This document shows positions 38,462 through 47,316 of a DNA stretch of 64,000 bases, piece after piece. Both the position numbers and the translations under genes were made by a program. The stretch covers positions 1 through 64,000 of IMG/VR virus record IMGVR_UViG_3300010389_003143. The stretch is one strand, 5' to 3'. Origin of the DNA: a virus. Within the stretch, counting starts at the first letter, position 1; each line of letters opens with the position of its first letter. The notes below the pieces were generated by a model that saw only the letters and a program-made list of their open reading frames with translations, was not told where the DNA came from and did no database searches.

Positions 38462-41116
38462 TTAATCCTCACTATATTCAACTACCTCGCCTGCTGTCTC
38501 TAGCTCTTCTGTGGGCTCATTTGGCTTTTCGCTCGGTGTTTTGTTAATCTGAATATCTTTCATTGATATTCCGCTCCAGTCACTTCTCTTGGGAGCCCAG
38601 GACTCCCACCACTTTGGAAAATCAAATCTTTCATCATGAATATAGTCACCGTCTCTTTCCGTGGGAATTAAATATTGATTATAAGCAACCGCCTTCTCTT
38701 CTTCTGTAAAATTATTCCAATTTGCCTCAATCCATAGGGCCAACCGCCTAACATCTTCCTTATATCCCTTGAGCTTTTCAATTATTGGTCTGGCCAGATT
38801 GCCGTTATAAAAATCTTTTGTTTTATTATCTATAACTTCATTTAACTTTGCAATTTTAGCTTCTAAGCTGTCCCCTATAATATTTTTAATACGTTCAAAC
38901 TGTCTGTCTACTTCTTTTATAAAGCTTTCTGCTAAATCTAATTTAGCATCAGATTCATTTGAATAAACATAAATAGAAAGCTTTAAATCTACGGTTCCAA
39001 ATAATGAGCTATATGAATTAAGATTTACTTTTGCACTAAGATTTATATTGTTGAACATTTTTCTATAATCAATGAGATCATCTGGCTTATAGAATGGAAA
39101 ATTAAGTTGTTTTTTTGCATCTTCAAATTTTTGCTTTTCAATGCTATTCAGCAAGCTAAATATCTTCTTTTTTTCCTCATCTAAGTTTATTTTAAATAAA
39201 GTATCTTTTATTTCGCCATCAAGAGGGTTTATATAAGCAACATCTGTTAGGTTTATCCCAGCTTTTTCTAATTTGTCAACATTTAATTTTTCTAAATTAT
39301 ACTCTAGTACACCTGGCTTTGGAGAAATTAAGATTTCTCCGTCATAATCATCTTTGTCCCCAAACACATCAAGATTTGAAAGCAAAGCAGAATCCATCCT
39401 TTCTTCAAATAAATCAAAAGCTTTTGGCTTTATATATCCACCATCTACAAGTCCGCGTCTGATTTTTTCAATATACTGATCATATTTTGAATCTATGTCT
39501 CTTTCTGCCCATTCAAAAAAGTTAGATATATCATCCGGATTCATGCAGTCATCGCATCTAAAATCCAGATCAATAATTAGAGAGCCCGAAACAATATCTA
39601 TGTTGTTAATTTCACCATACTCGTCATGCTCAAGAATATTTGTAAAGCCACGATCCTTTTGCTGAGCCCTATATGTTGTTGGAATACTTTTTAGCCCTCC
39701 CGGGTGTACAAATGCCCCCTCCTCCCATTTTGAACCCGAATCTTCCCAGCCATCAAGGTAGACTTCTGCTCTTAAGCTTACGCTTGCAGTAACCATTACT
39801 TCGTCGCCCCAATCAGCATGAACTTCTGCATCGGGGTATATATTTTCAAAGCTTGTTCTGTATTGATCCAGTATATCCTCAACCTCTTCGGCCCAAAGGT
39901 CGGCTACATCCTGTTCCCCCTCCTCAAGGTCTGTTTCAACGTTCCCGTAATACTCTGGTTCAACTCCTCCTTTTGAAAAAAAGCTATTAAGAATCTCTCC
40001 ATCGGATGTGTCCCTATAACTTCCTCCATACATCTTTATTTCATCTTCTGGAGGGGGAATCACCTCCCCCTCATTTTCAAATAGATGCTTTTGAGACTTC
40101 CATGCCCAATCCCTAACAACGTCTATAAAGCCAGGCGGAGTTCTTCCATAAGTTCTATCTTCTGGAACGGCAAACTCGTATCCATCGTATTCATTTACAT
40201 ACTTTCTAAGCCTAACTCTAGAAGCAGGGGCGATTCCTTCTATATTTCTATTTATATCTCTAAATATCTCTTGCCCGTCTAGATCACCTATATTAATTCC
40301 ATCAGCGTCTTCTGCGGTTGATCCGGGCGGCCTAAGGAGGTCGTTTAAATCAGAGTTTTCAACAAGATATGCAATAGGCCCATGCCCTCTTGATTCCTTT
40401 ATTGCACAGTGAAAATAAGAATTACCCTCAGAATGGCAGGACCTTATATTTTCATGATCGCTCATTCTCAGCACATCAATTGGATCTCTTGATATAAGAA
40501 CTGAATATTTTTCTTCAAGATTACCATGGACAAATAATGATTCTATTTGCTTCCAGTTATAATCCTTTGCATATTCGGCTTGCTTTTCCTGCCACCATTT
40601 AGACATCCACTCTGGAGCGCCCTCGTGGGGATTGGCCAAAACCTTTGATATAGAGGTTATTTTATTTCGAGTTATTACTTCACCCGCCCTTGGACCGGAT
40701 GGAATCTCCCTCTCTTCTTTTCTAAAAACCTTTAGATCTGGAACTTGCACTTTTACTGTATAAACTGAGCCCATAGCATTTTGCATCTTTTGATCTACTG
40801 TCTTTAGCTCAAAACGATTGCTTCCACCAGCTGGGGACCACCCTTTATCTCTTAAAAAATCTACAACCTCGCTTAATTTTCCTGCATCTTCTGTTTCATA
40901 GGGAATTATAACTCTAAGTTTACCATCAAATAATTCGTCAAAGCTCAGCTTAGAATAATCTTCATTTAGCCAATCTTTTAGCCTTTTTATTTCAACTTTA
41001 GAGACAGCATATTTATGTAACCTATTTATCTTTGAGGTTGATAAGGCTTCTTTTTTTAAATTATTTTCATAAAGCCATTTTTTTAATAAAGATAGTTTTT
41101 TCATCAATAAACCCAC
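38462..41116 (-). CDS. Large tagged acidic protein of unknown function
   Basis: Tag KKWLYENNLKKEALSTSKINRLHKYA; conserved-looking ISRDPIDVLRMSDH..SCH core. Confidence 0.65.
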   Translation of the reverse strand: MGLLMKKLSLLKKWLYENNLKKEALSTSKINRLHKYAVSKVEIKRLKDWLNEDYSKLSFDELFDGKLRVIIPYETEDAGKLSEVVDFLRDKGWSPAGGSNRFELKTVDQKMQNAMGSVYTVKVQVPDLKVFRKEEREIPSGPRAGEVITRNKITSISKVLANPHEGAPEWMSKWWQEKQAEYAKDYNWKQIESLFVHGNLEEKYSVLISRDPIDVLRMSDHENIRSCHSEGNSYFHCAIKESRGHGPIAYLVENSDLNDLLRPPGSTAEDADGINIGDLDGQEIFRDINRNIEGIAPASRVRLRKYVNEYDGYEFAVPEDRTYGRTPPGFIDVVRDWAWKSQKHLFENEGEVIPPPEDEIKMYGGSYRDTSDGEILNSFFSKGGVEPEYYGNVETDLEEGEQDVADLWAEEVEDILDQYRTSFENIYPDAEVHADWGDEVMVTASVSLRAEVYLDGWEDSGSKWEEGAFVHPGGLKSIPTTYRAQQKDRGFTNILEHDEYGEINNIDIVSGSLIIDLDFRCDDCMNPDDISNFFEWAERDIDSKYDQYIEKIRRGLVDGGYIKPKAFDLFEERMDSALLSNLDVFGDKDDYDGEILISPKPGVLEYNLEKLNVDKLEKAGINLTDVAYINPLDGEIKDTLFKINLDEEKKKIFSLLNSIEKQKFEDAKKQLNFPFYKPDDLIDYRKMFNNINLSAKVNLNSYSSLFGTVDLKLSIYVYSNESDAKLDLAESFIKEVDRQFERIKNIIGDSLEAKIAKLNEVIDNKTKDFYNGNLARPIIEKLKGYKEDVRRLALWIEANWNNFTEEEKAVAYNQYLIPTERDGDYIHDERFDFPKWWESWAPKRSDWSGISMKDIQINKTPSEKPNEPTEELETAGEVVEYSED

Positions 41117-41132
41117 AATATGCTATTAAATA

Positions 41133-42641
41133 TTAGCTGAAAATCCAAAGCCTTTGACCAGCATCATAAATCTTTGACCAACCCCATTCTTTAGCCTGCT
41201 CAGCTTGACTTAAGCCTCTCTTGTCCATATTGGCTCGACATCTAAGTCTATTATAGGTTTTTCTCTTATCGGTCCATCTAAAGCCAAGTGTTTCTCTTTC
41301 CATCTGAAAGCCTAGCTGCTGCAAATAATTACCCGTGCCATACCTTAGATCCGCCCAATAATGAATCGGAAGCTTTTTTGAGTTATCTCTTATCTTAGAT
41401 ATAAGCCTTGAGGCTCCTCCGACAACAACCGTTTCAACTTTTGAGCATAGCCTTTCTATCTTTAGATATTCTGAGTAAACCTTATAAGAAGCAGCCATAA
41501 TAATTTCATCATTATGGATAAGACCAAAAGCAGGGGCGTTAAAGCTGCCCATTAGGTGATTCTTTGAGAAAAACTCTCTTGCCTCTTCTGCGGTTAGTTT
41601 TCTAATCTTTGTTTTTCTGGCATAAAAAATCCTGCTTCTTCCTTCTGCATTATTTATCATTGATTTTATTATTTCAATCTTATCGTAGACCTCATCTTCT
41701 CTAAACTGAAATATTCTCAAGCCAGAATCTTCAAAATCCTTCCTAAGGTTAAAGTGATAATTTTTATCGACCCCATTAAAGTCGGAGTGCCAATAAAGTC
41801 CATCAACATTGATGGCAGTCAAGCTATTTAATTTAAAGTCCGGCTTATATCTTAATCCAGGGTATCTTTCAAGGTCAAAAGTCTTGTTATAAAATTCTAG
41901 CCCAAGCTCTCTTGATAAAAGTGTTTCTAAATGATTGTTTTTGTCACCATGACCACTTATATATTCGGCCACATCCCCTGTAGTTATAATTCCCTCTCTT
42001 ATTAGCCTGTAGGCATTCACAGGAGGTACAGAAGCTTCCAAGCAGGCCTGATTGACGGTTCTCCCGTCCTCTAGCGTGCTAATCAGACCCCTATCAATCT
42101 TTGTGGATATTATCTTTCTTACAACATCTTCGGATTGAGCCGGGTGTCTTACTCCAAGTTTTTTTAAGTTTGTTTCCTCCGCCTTATTCCTTACTTCAGA
42201 GTTCTGCATCGGATTTTCTACGCCATATTTTTCTTTTACAGATTTTTTTATCTTTTTCTTTATAACATCCGACTGAAATGAGTGCTCTACACCATATCTT
42301 TCCCTATTTGTCTGAACAACTTTTCTCATTCTAGCTTTCTGCTTTAAATTATTATCTTTTTTAATATTATTCTTTCTAAGAGCAGAAGCAATAGTCGGAT
42401 CTGTGACGCCGGCCATTTTTGCCATGTCCACGGTTGACATATTTTTAACAATATAATTATCGTAAAGCCACTCCTTATCTAGATGGTATTTTGGCCTAGA
42501 TAAAGAGTACTTTCGAATTCGATCTTTAACATATTTGTATGATCGATTAATTTTCTTGGCTATTTGATTAATTGATAGCCCTTGATTTATGTAAAGATTT
42601 GTAAGCAGATCTTTAGTTAAATCTTCTTTTACCACCCCCAC
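41133..42641 (-). mobile_element. Free-standing homing-endonuclease-like gene (HTH repeats, ERYGVE repeats, PD-(D/E)XK/Vsr-like nuclease, C-terminal YARK..YDAG domain)
   Basis: QTNRERYGVEHSFQS repeats; YKPDF..INVDGLYWHS..FQFREDE; overlaps the nrdB stop. Confidence 0.72.
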
Positions 42642-43606
42642 TCTCCGTCCATTCCTGAGGCATTATAGTCGGTTACACGTTTCTCGAAGAAGTTGCTCAT
42701 AGTGTCTCCATTGAGAACCCAGTCTAGCCAAGGTAGGGGATTTTCTTTAACACCATAATTTGGCTTTAGACCAAGCTGAATAAGCCTACGATCAGCAATA
42801 TATCTGATGTACTGCTTCATTTCATCCGCAGTTAGGCCTTCGACCGGCCCTACAGCGTAAGCTAAATCGATAACTTTGTCCTCAAGCTTAACGGCAGTCT
42901 TGTACATCTCATAAATAGACTTTTTAAACTCATCATTAACAACTCTTGGGTGTTCTTCACAGAATGTGCGGAAAAGCTTTGACATATATTGGACGTGAAT
43001 GGTCTCGTCTCTTACTGACCACTCAACGATAGTACACATGCCCTTCATTTTTCCAAATCTTTGGTAATTTAGAAGCATAACAAAAGCAGAAAAAAGAGAC
43101 ATACCCTCATTGCAAACAGATTGAGCCAGAGATAGCCCGATTCCTCTTTTTGAGGAAACATTTGTGCTCTGCATGAACTCAAGCTTTTCAGCCATCTGCT
43201 CATATTCGAGAAAAGCCCAATATTCTTTTTCCTCAAGGCCCAGGGTATCATTCAAAAGAGCATAAGCACGCTGGTGAGTGCCCTCTCTATTTGCAAAGCT
43301 AAGCAGCATATTTCTTATTTCGTTATTTTTGAAAACAGGAATAAATAAGTCACAATAATTTCCTCCGACCTGTACGTCAGTCTGAGTAAATAACCTTAAG
43401 ATTTGGGTAATATGCTCTTTTTCGTGATGAGTAAGGGCCTTGCTCTTCCATTGGTTTACATCCTCCTGTAATTCGGCCTCCCAGGTGCCCCAGTGAACCT
43501 TTTCATGGGCCTCCGCAGCCTCCATAGCCCATGGGTACTGAAATGGCTTGTAGGCCTCAGATGAATTTAGTAATCCGCCCCTATTTATCCCTGACATGAT
43601 AGACAT
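42629..43606 (-). CDS. nrdB: Ribonucleotide reductase class Ia beta subunit
   Basis: YKPFQYPWA, REGTHQRAY, RDETIH, NFFEKRVTDY. Confidence 0.95.
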   Translation of the reverse strand: MSIMSGINRGGLLNSSEAYKPFQYPWAMEAAEAHEKVHWGTWEAELQEDVNQWKSKALTHHEKEHITQILRLFTQTDVQVGGNYCDLFIPVFKNNEIRNMLLSFANREGTHQRAYALLNDTLGLEEKEYWAFLEYEQMAEKLEFMQSTNVSSKRGIGLSLAQSVCNEGMSLFSAFVMLLNYQRFGKMKGMCTIVEWSVRDETIHVQYMSKLFRTFCEEHPRVVNDEFKKSIYEMYKTAVKLEDKVIDLAYAVGPVEGLTADEMKQYIRYIADRRLIQLGLKPNYGVKENPLPWLDWVLNGDTMSNFFEKRVTDYNASGMDGEWGW

Positions 43607-46302
43607 TCTCCTTCTTCTTCTGCATAATCCGCTAACGCAACTCTCTCTACTTTTGCCGAAACCTTCTCTGGATCAACTCCGGCATTTGTTCTTAGATAAT
43701 AAAGCGCTTTCAGACCCATTTTCCAAGCTTTAATATGGGTCATTAGAACGTAGTTCTTATTGGACCCAGCTGGGAAGAATAGATTTACGCTCTGCCCCTG
43801 GCATATAAATTCCTGTCTTCCACCAGCATGCTCAACAACCCATCTCTGGTCTAGCTCAAAAGCCGTCTTGAAAACAGATCTTTCCCAGTCGCTAAGAAAG
43901 TCAAGATGTTGAACAGACCCTTGATTGAGGATTACGGAATTCCAAGCTTCTTCCTTTTCTTTTTCGTCTAGATAGTTATCAAAGACCTTATCTAGCTCGG
44001 GGTTCTTTACCAAAAATGATCCAGCCCTTGTTCTGTGAGTATAGGCGTTTGACTTCCAAGGCTCAATTGACGGACTTGTGGCTAATATAATAGAGCTATT
44101 TGCATTAGGGGCTATAGCAAGAAGATGTGCGTTTCTTACTCCGCTTTCGGGGCCGTCTGGATAAGCTCCCTTTTCATCGGCAAGCCTTCTGGTCTCTTCT
44201 GTCGCTCTTTCTTTAATATCGCTAAATATAGAAGAATTCATAGCTGTAGCCATAGCGCTTTCCCACGGTATTCCGTTTCTCTGAAGAAGATCGTGGAAGC
44301 CCATTGCTCCAAGGCCGATGCTCCTCTCTCCTCTGGCTCCATTTACAGCCCTCCAAAGCTCCTTTGGAGCATTCTCGATAAATACGTCCAAAACGTTATC
44401 GAGCATTCTTACTAGGTCCTGAACAATCTTGGTGTCTTTCCACTCATCCCATTTTGCAAGATTTAGACTGCTCAGGCAGCATACGGCAGTCCTATCAGCC
44501 GCCGTAGGCAAAAATATTTCAGAGCACAAGTTTGAGCCATTTATTCTTAGATCCAAATCTTTAAGCTCTTTTGGAAGATGCTTATTTGAGGTGTCTATAA
44601 AATGAAGATAAGGTTCGCCGGTTCGGTATCTTGTTTCGATAATCCTCTGAAGAAGCTCTCTTGCACCTAGGGTATCTCTAACTGTTCCATCCGCAGGGTC
44701 TACGAGGTTCCAGTCTTCATTTGCTATAGCTGCCTTCATGAAATCGTCAGTTATATTTACAGCATTATGCAAATTAAAACACTTTCTATTTGGATCACCG
44801 CCAGTTGGAATTCTCATTTGTAAAAATTCAACAATATCAGGGTGTGAGATATCTAGGTAAGCAGCATATGAGCCCTTCCTGGTATTTCCACAGACTAGAG
44901 ATCTACCGTTACTTCTTACTAGCAGTTTGCCTTCTGGAACTAATGCACAGTAAACATATCCATCATAAGGGACCTCTTCCTTCCTAACCCTTTGAGTTGT
45001 GAAATGGTTTTTGTTTGAGACTACAACATAAAAAGAATTTTTTCTTGGATATTCTCTCTGCTGCTCTTTAATTCTAGCTCTTTTGCCAGCTAAAGTAGCT
45101 GCAGTAAAGACAGTATCAGCGCATGCTTTGCTTACTGATGAATATGTAAAGTTTGTTGCCCTCTTACTTGAGTCCCAATTAGATACTTCATCCAAGAAGC
45201 TCGTAAGCCATTCATAACTTCTTGTTTCTGGCCTTACCCAAGAGAGGTCTTTTGACTCCCAAGCATAGTTGGGGACATCGGGGATATTTCTTACATCGCT
45301 GACTTTCACCCTGATTGTGCAAGTTCCATCATTTCTATAAATAAGATTATAGCTATAGTTAGACTCTCTAACTATTCTGAGCAACCTATCGATCTTTCTC
45401 TGCTTCTTAAAATGAAACTCAATAGACTTACCGTTATAATTAGTTCCATCAGCCTGAAAGGCGACAAGAAGTCTGTCTGAATTTGAAAAACTTTCTTTAT
45501 TATTATTTTTAATTTTTCCAGAAAAAGCCATTCTCACTTCAGAGTGTGATGGAAGCATATCAGCCCTTACTTTTTGAAGATCGTCATTCCAGCCACCCTT
45601 GGTCTTTCTGTCTATAACCATTGAGTGATTTGGAGTTACCATAATATCAACATTTTTTTCATCCACTACACGGATAAGGTTGCCATTATGATATTCTCTT
45701 ACAAGCTCTATCGGCTTGACAAACGACACTTCGCCCCTGGAGGTTACCTGCGCGACCTTATCATGGTCGGTTAGTTCGGAAAACTTAATGTAGCCTTTGT
45801 CCGTCAATACCTCAACATCAGGGTGGTAACACTTGCCCTGGCGATAAGCATTCATATCTGCGTCAACTGTTTTTAGGAATGGAATTGGTCCGGGTGACTT
45901 TTCCGAAACAGAGCGAACTGATGACCAGTGGCCACCGACCCCGCCTCCCTTGACAGATAGCCATCTAAGCTCTGAGGAATGCTCTATAAGGCCCTCAAGG
46001 GTGTCGTCGACCCAGGTAAGGAAGCAGCTTATCGGAAGCGCCCTCCAGGCCTCTCCGGGCTTTGGAGCATTGCTCAGAACGGGGGAGGCAAACATGAACC
46101 AGCCCTTGCTTGCGTAATCATAAATTCTTTGGGCAAAACGAAGGTCGCCGTCGCAATAAGCGAGAGCTGCTCTACCAAACGCCTCCTGGGGCGAGGTTTC
46201 TTCGTTCAGCATGTAGTACTGTTTTAACAGGGTTTTTGAAAAATCATTTAAATTATCATCTCTGTCGAAATCCAGCAGGATTCCGCCGTACTCAGTGCTC
46301 AT
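43585..46302 (-). CDS. nrdA: Ribonucleotide reductase class Ia alpha subunit with intein
   Basis: PISCFL, SNLCSEI, AVCCLSS, AIAPNANSS, C-terminal CLSCQG. Confidence 0.95.
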   Translation of the reverse strand: MSTEYGGILLDFDRDDNLNDFSKTLLKQYYMLNEETSPQEAFGRAALAYCDGDLRFAQRIYDYASKGWFMFASPVLSNAPKPGEAWRALPISCFLTWVDDTLEGLIEHSSELRWLSVKGGGVGGHWSSVRSVSEKSPGPIPFLKTVDADMNAYRQGKCYHPDVEVLTDKGYIKFSELTDHDKVAQVTSRGEVSFVKPIELVREYHNGNLIRVVDEKNVDIMVTPNHSMVIDRKTKGGWNDDLQKVRADMLPSHSEVRMAFSGKIKNNNKESFSNSDRLLVAFQADGTNYNGKSIEFHFKKQRKIDRLLRIVRESNYSYNLIYRNDGTCTIRVKVSDVRNIPDVPNYAWESKDLSWVRPETRSYEWLTSFLDEVSNWDSSKRATNFTYSSVSKACADTVFTAATLAGKRARIKEQQREYPRKNSFYVVVSNKNHFTTQRVRKEEVPYDGYVYCALVPEGKLLVRSNGRSLVCGNTRKGSYAAYLDISHPDIVEFLQMRIPTGGDPNRKCFNLHNAVNITDDFMKAAIANEDWNLVDPADGTVRDTLGARELLQRIIETRYRTGEPYLHFIDTSNKHLPKELKDLDLRINGSNLCSEIFLPTAADRTAVCCLSSLNLAKWDEWKDTKIVQDLVRMLDNVLDVFIENAPKELWRAVNGARGERSIGLGAMGFHDLLQRNGIPWESAMATAMNSSIFSDIKERATEETRRLADEKGAYPDGPESGVRNAHLLAIAPNANSSIILATSPSIEPWKSNAYTHRTRAGSFLVKNPELDKVFDNYLDEKEKEEAWNSVILNQGSVQHLDFLSDWERSVFKTAFELDQRWVVEHAGGRQEFICQGQSVNLFFPAGSNKNYVLMTHIKAWKMGLKALYYLRTNAGVDPEKVSAKVERVALADYAEEEGECLSCQG
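44884..45831 (-). mobile_element. Intein (316 aa) in NrdA with a degenerate-looking LAGLIDADG domain
   Basis: YRQGK|CYHPDVEVLT...VTPNH...GRSLVCGN|TRKGS. Confidence 0.9.
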
Positions 46303-46669
46303 TTATTTCCCCAATTTTCATCTTTAAATTTTTCGTTTTAGCTGAAGCGATCGTGGCTAAAGATTTATGCATGAAAATTGTTTCGACAATAATTTTTAAG
46401 TCTCTTCTACACAACTTCTTACTTACCTTTAACCACTTAAACTTGCAAAAAAATTGTTACGAATTTATTCGTTCCAAAGAAATCTGCGTACTTAAGCCTT
46501 CCATTTTAATAGATTTTCAGACCTTACATTAGAGGGCTTGCTTTAGAATCTTATTGTTTTTCTTTTGTTTTATATATTCTTTTGAGCATCTAAAAAAAAA
46601 ATAATTTTTTATTAAATTTACAAAATCTCATAGATCCATTCGATGCTTAAAAGCCTGATTTGAACTGAC

Positions 46670-46703
46670 AAAAACGGCCCGAGCATTTTGTAGCCCGAGC
46701 CAT
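46670..46703 (-). terminator. Rho-independent terminator closing the prkA-yhbH-spoVR-dac operon
   Basis: Minus-strand RNA AUGGCUCGGGC-8nt-GCUCGGGCCGU stem (with G-U pairs) followed by a U-tract. Confidence 0.65.
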
Positions 46704-46730
46704 CTCAAATTATGAAAGTTAGCTGATCAG

Positions 46731-47297
46731 CTATTCATCTGACGGATCAAACTGCTCTACGAATGTGCCATTCTTCCAGGTTCTCACTACTGCAGTTTCT
46801 TCAGATAGCGTGAATACCGCTATAATATCTTCTCGCGTAGAAAAAGATGCAGCACTAATATGCCTTGTGCCGCAGCCATCGGGTACATCAAGAGATGAGT
46901 CATCAACTACCAGGTAAATCTTTGATCCAATTATTTGACCGTTTCTATTAACGATTATAGCGCCGTCAGCACCTTCGTTCAACATAGAGAAGACATCTTT
47001 CGTAAAAGCATCCTCACATATGTTTATGTACTTCTGTATAGGATTTACCCCTATCTGCCTCATGCCAGGAACCATGTGATCGTCAGATTTGTCGAAAACT
47101 CCAAGAACAATTATAAGTCCAATATTTCTATTTTCATTAAAGTTATTTCTAGATATTTGGGACAATAGCGTGAATATACTTTTTTCTACTTTTTGGAAAT
47201 CTCTTGCAGCATTAAACTGATATGAGAAATCTATGCTAGAGATTTTTCTAGAAAATTCTGGCTTGCTGACTTTTGCGGTCTCCAAGTCATTACTCAT
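46731..47297 (-). CDS. Stand-alone diadenylate cyclase (DisA_N/DAC domain)
   Basis: Catalytic DGA (GADGAIIV) and GTRH (GCGTRHISAA) motifs, then LSEET. Confidence 0.82.
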   Translation of the reverse strand: MSNDLETAKVSKPEFSRKISSIDFSYQFNAARDFQKVEKSIFTLLSQISRNNFNENRNIGLIIVLGVFDKSDDHMVPGMRQIGVNPIQKYINICEDAFTKDVFSMLNEGADGAIIVNRNGQIIGSKIYLVVDDSSLDVPDGCGTRHISAASFSTREDIIAVFTLSEETAVVRTWKNGTFVEQFDPSDE

Positions 47298-47316
47298 GAC
47301 CTTCCCCTGGTTTATT

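Noticed and set aside
46303-46669. Replication origin or structured ncRNA in the longest intergenic gap
   Set aside because: AT-rich, but I could not identify iterons, DnaA or NrdR boxes, or a convincing fold; most likely the nrdA promoter region.
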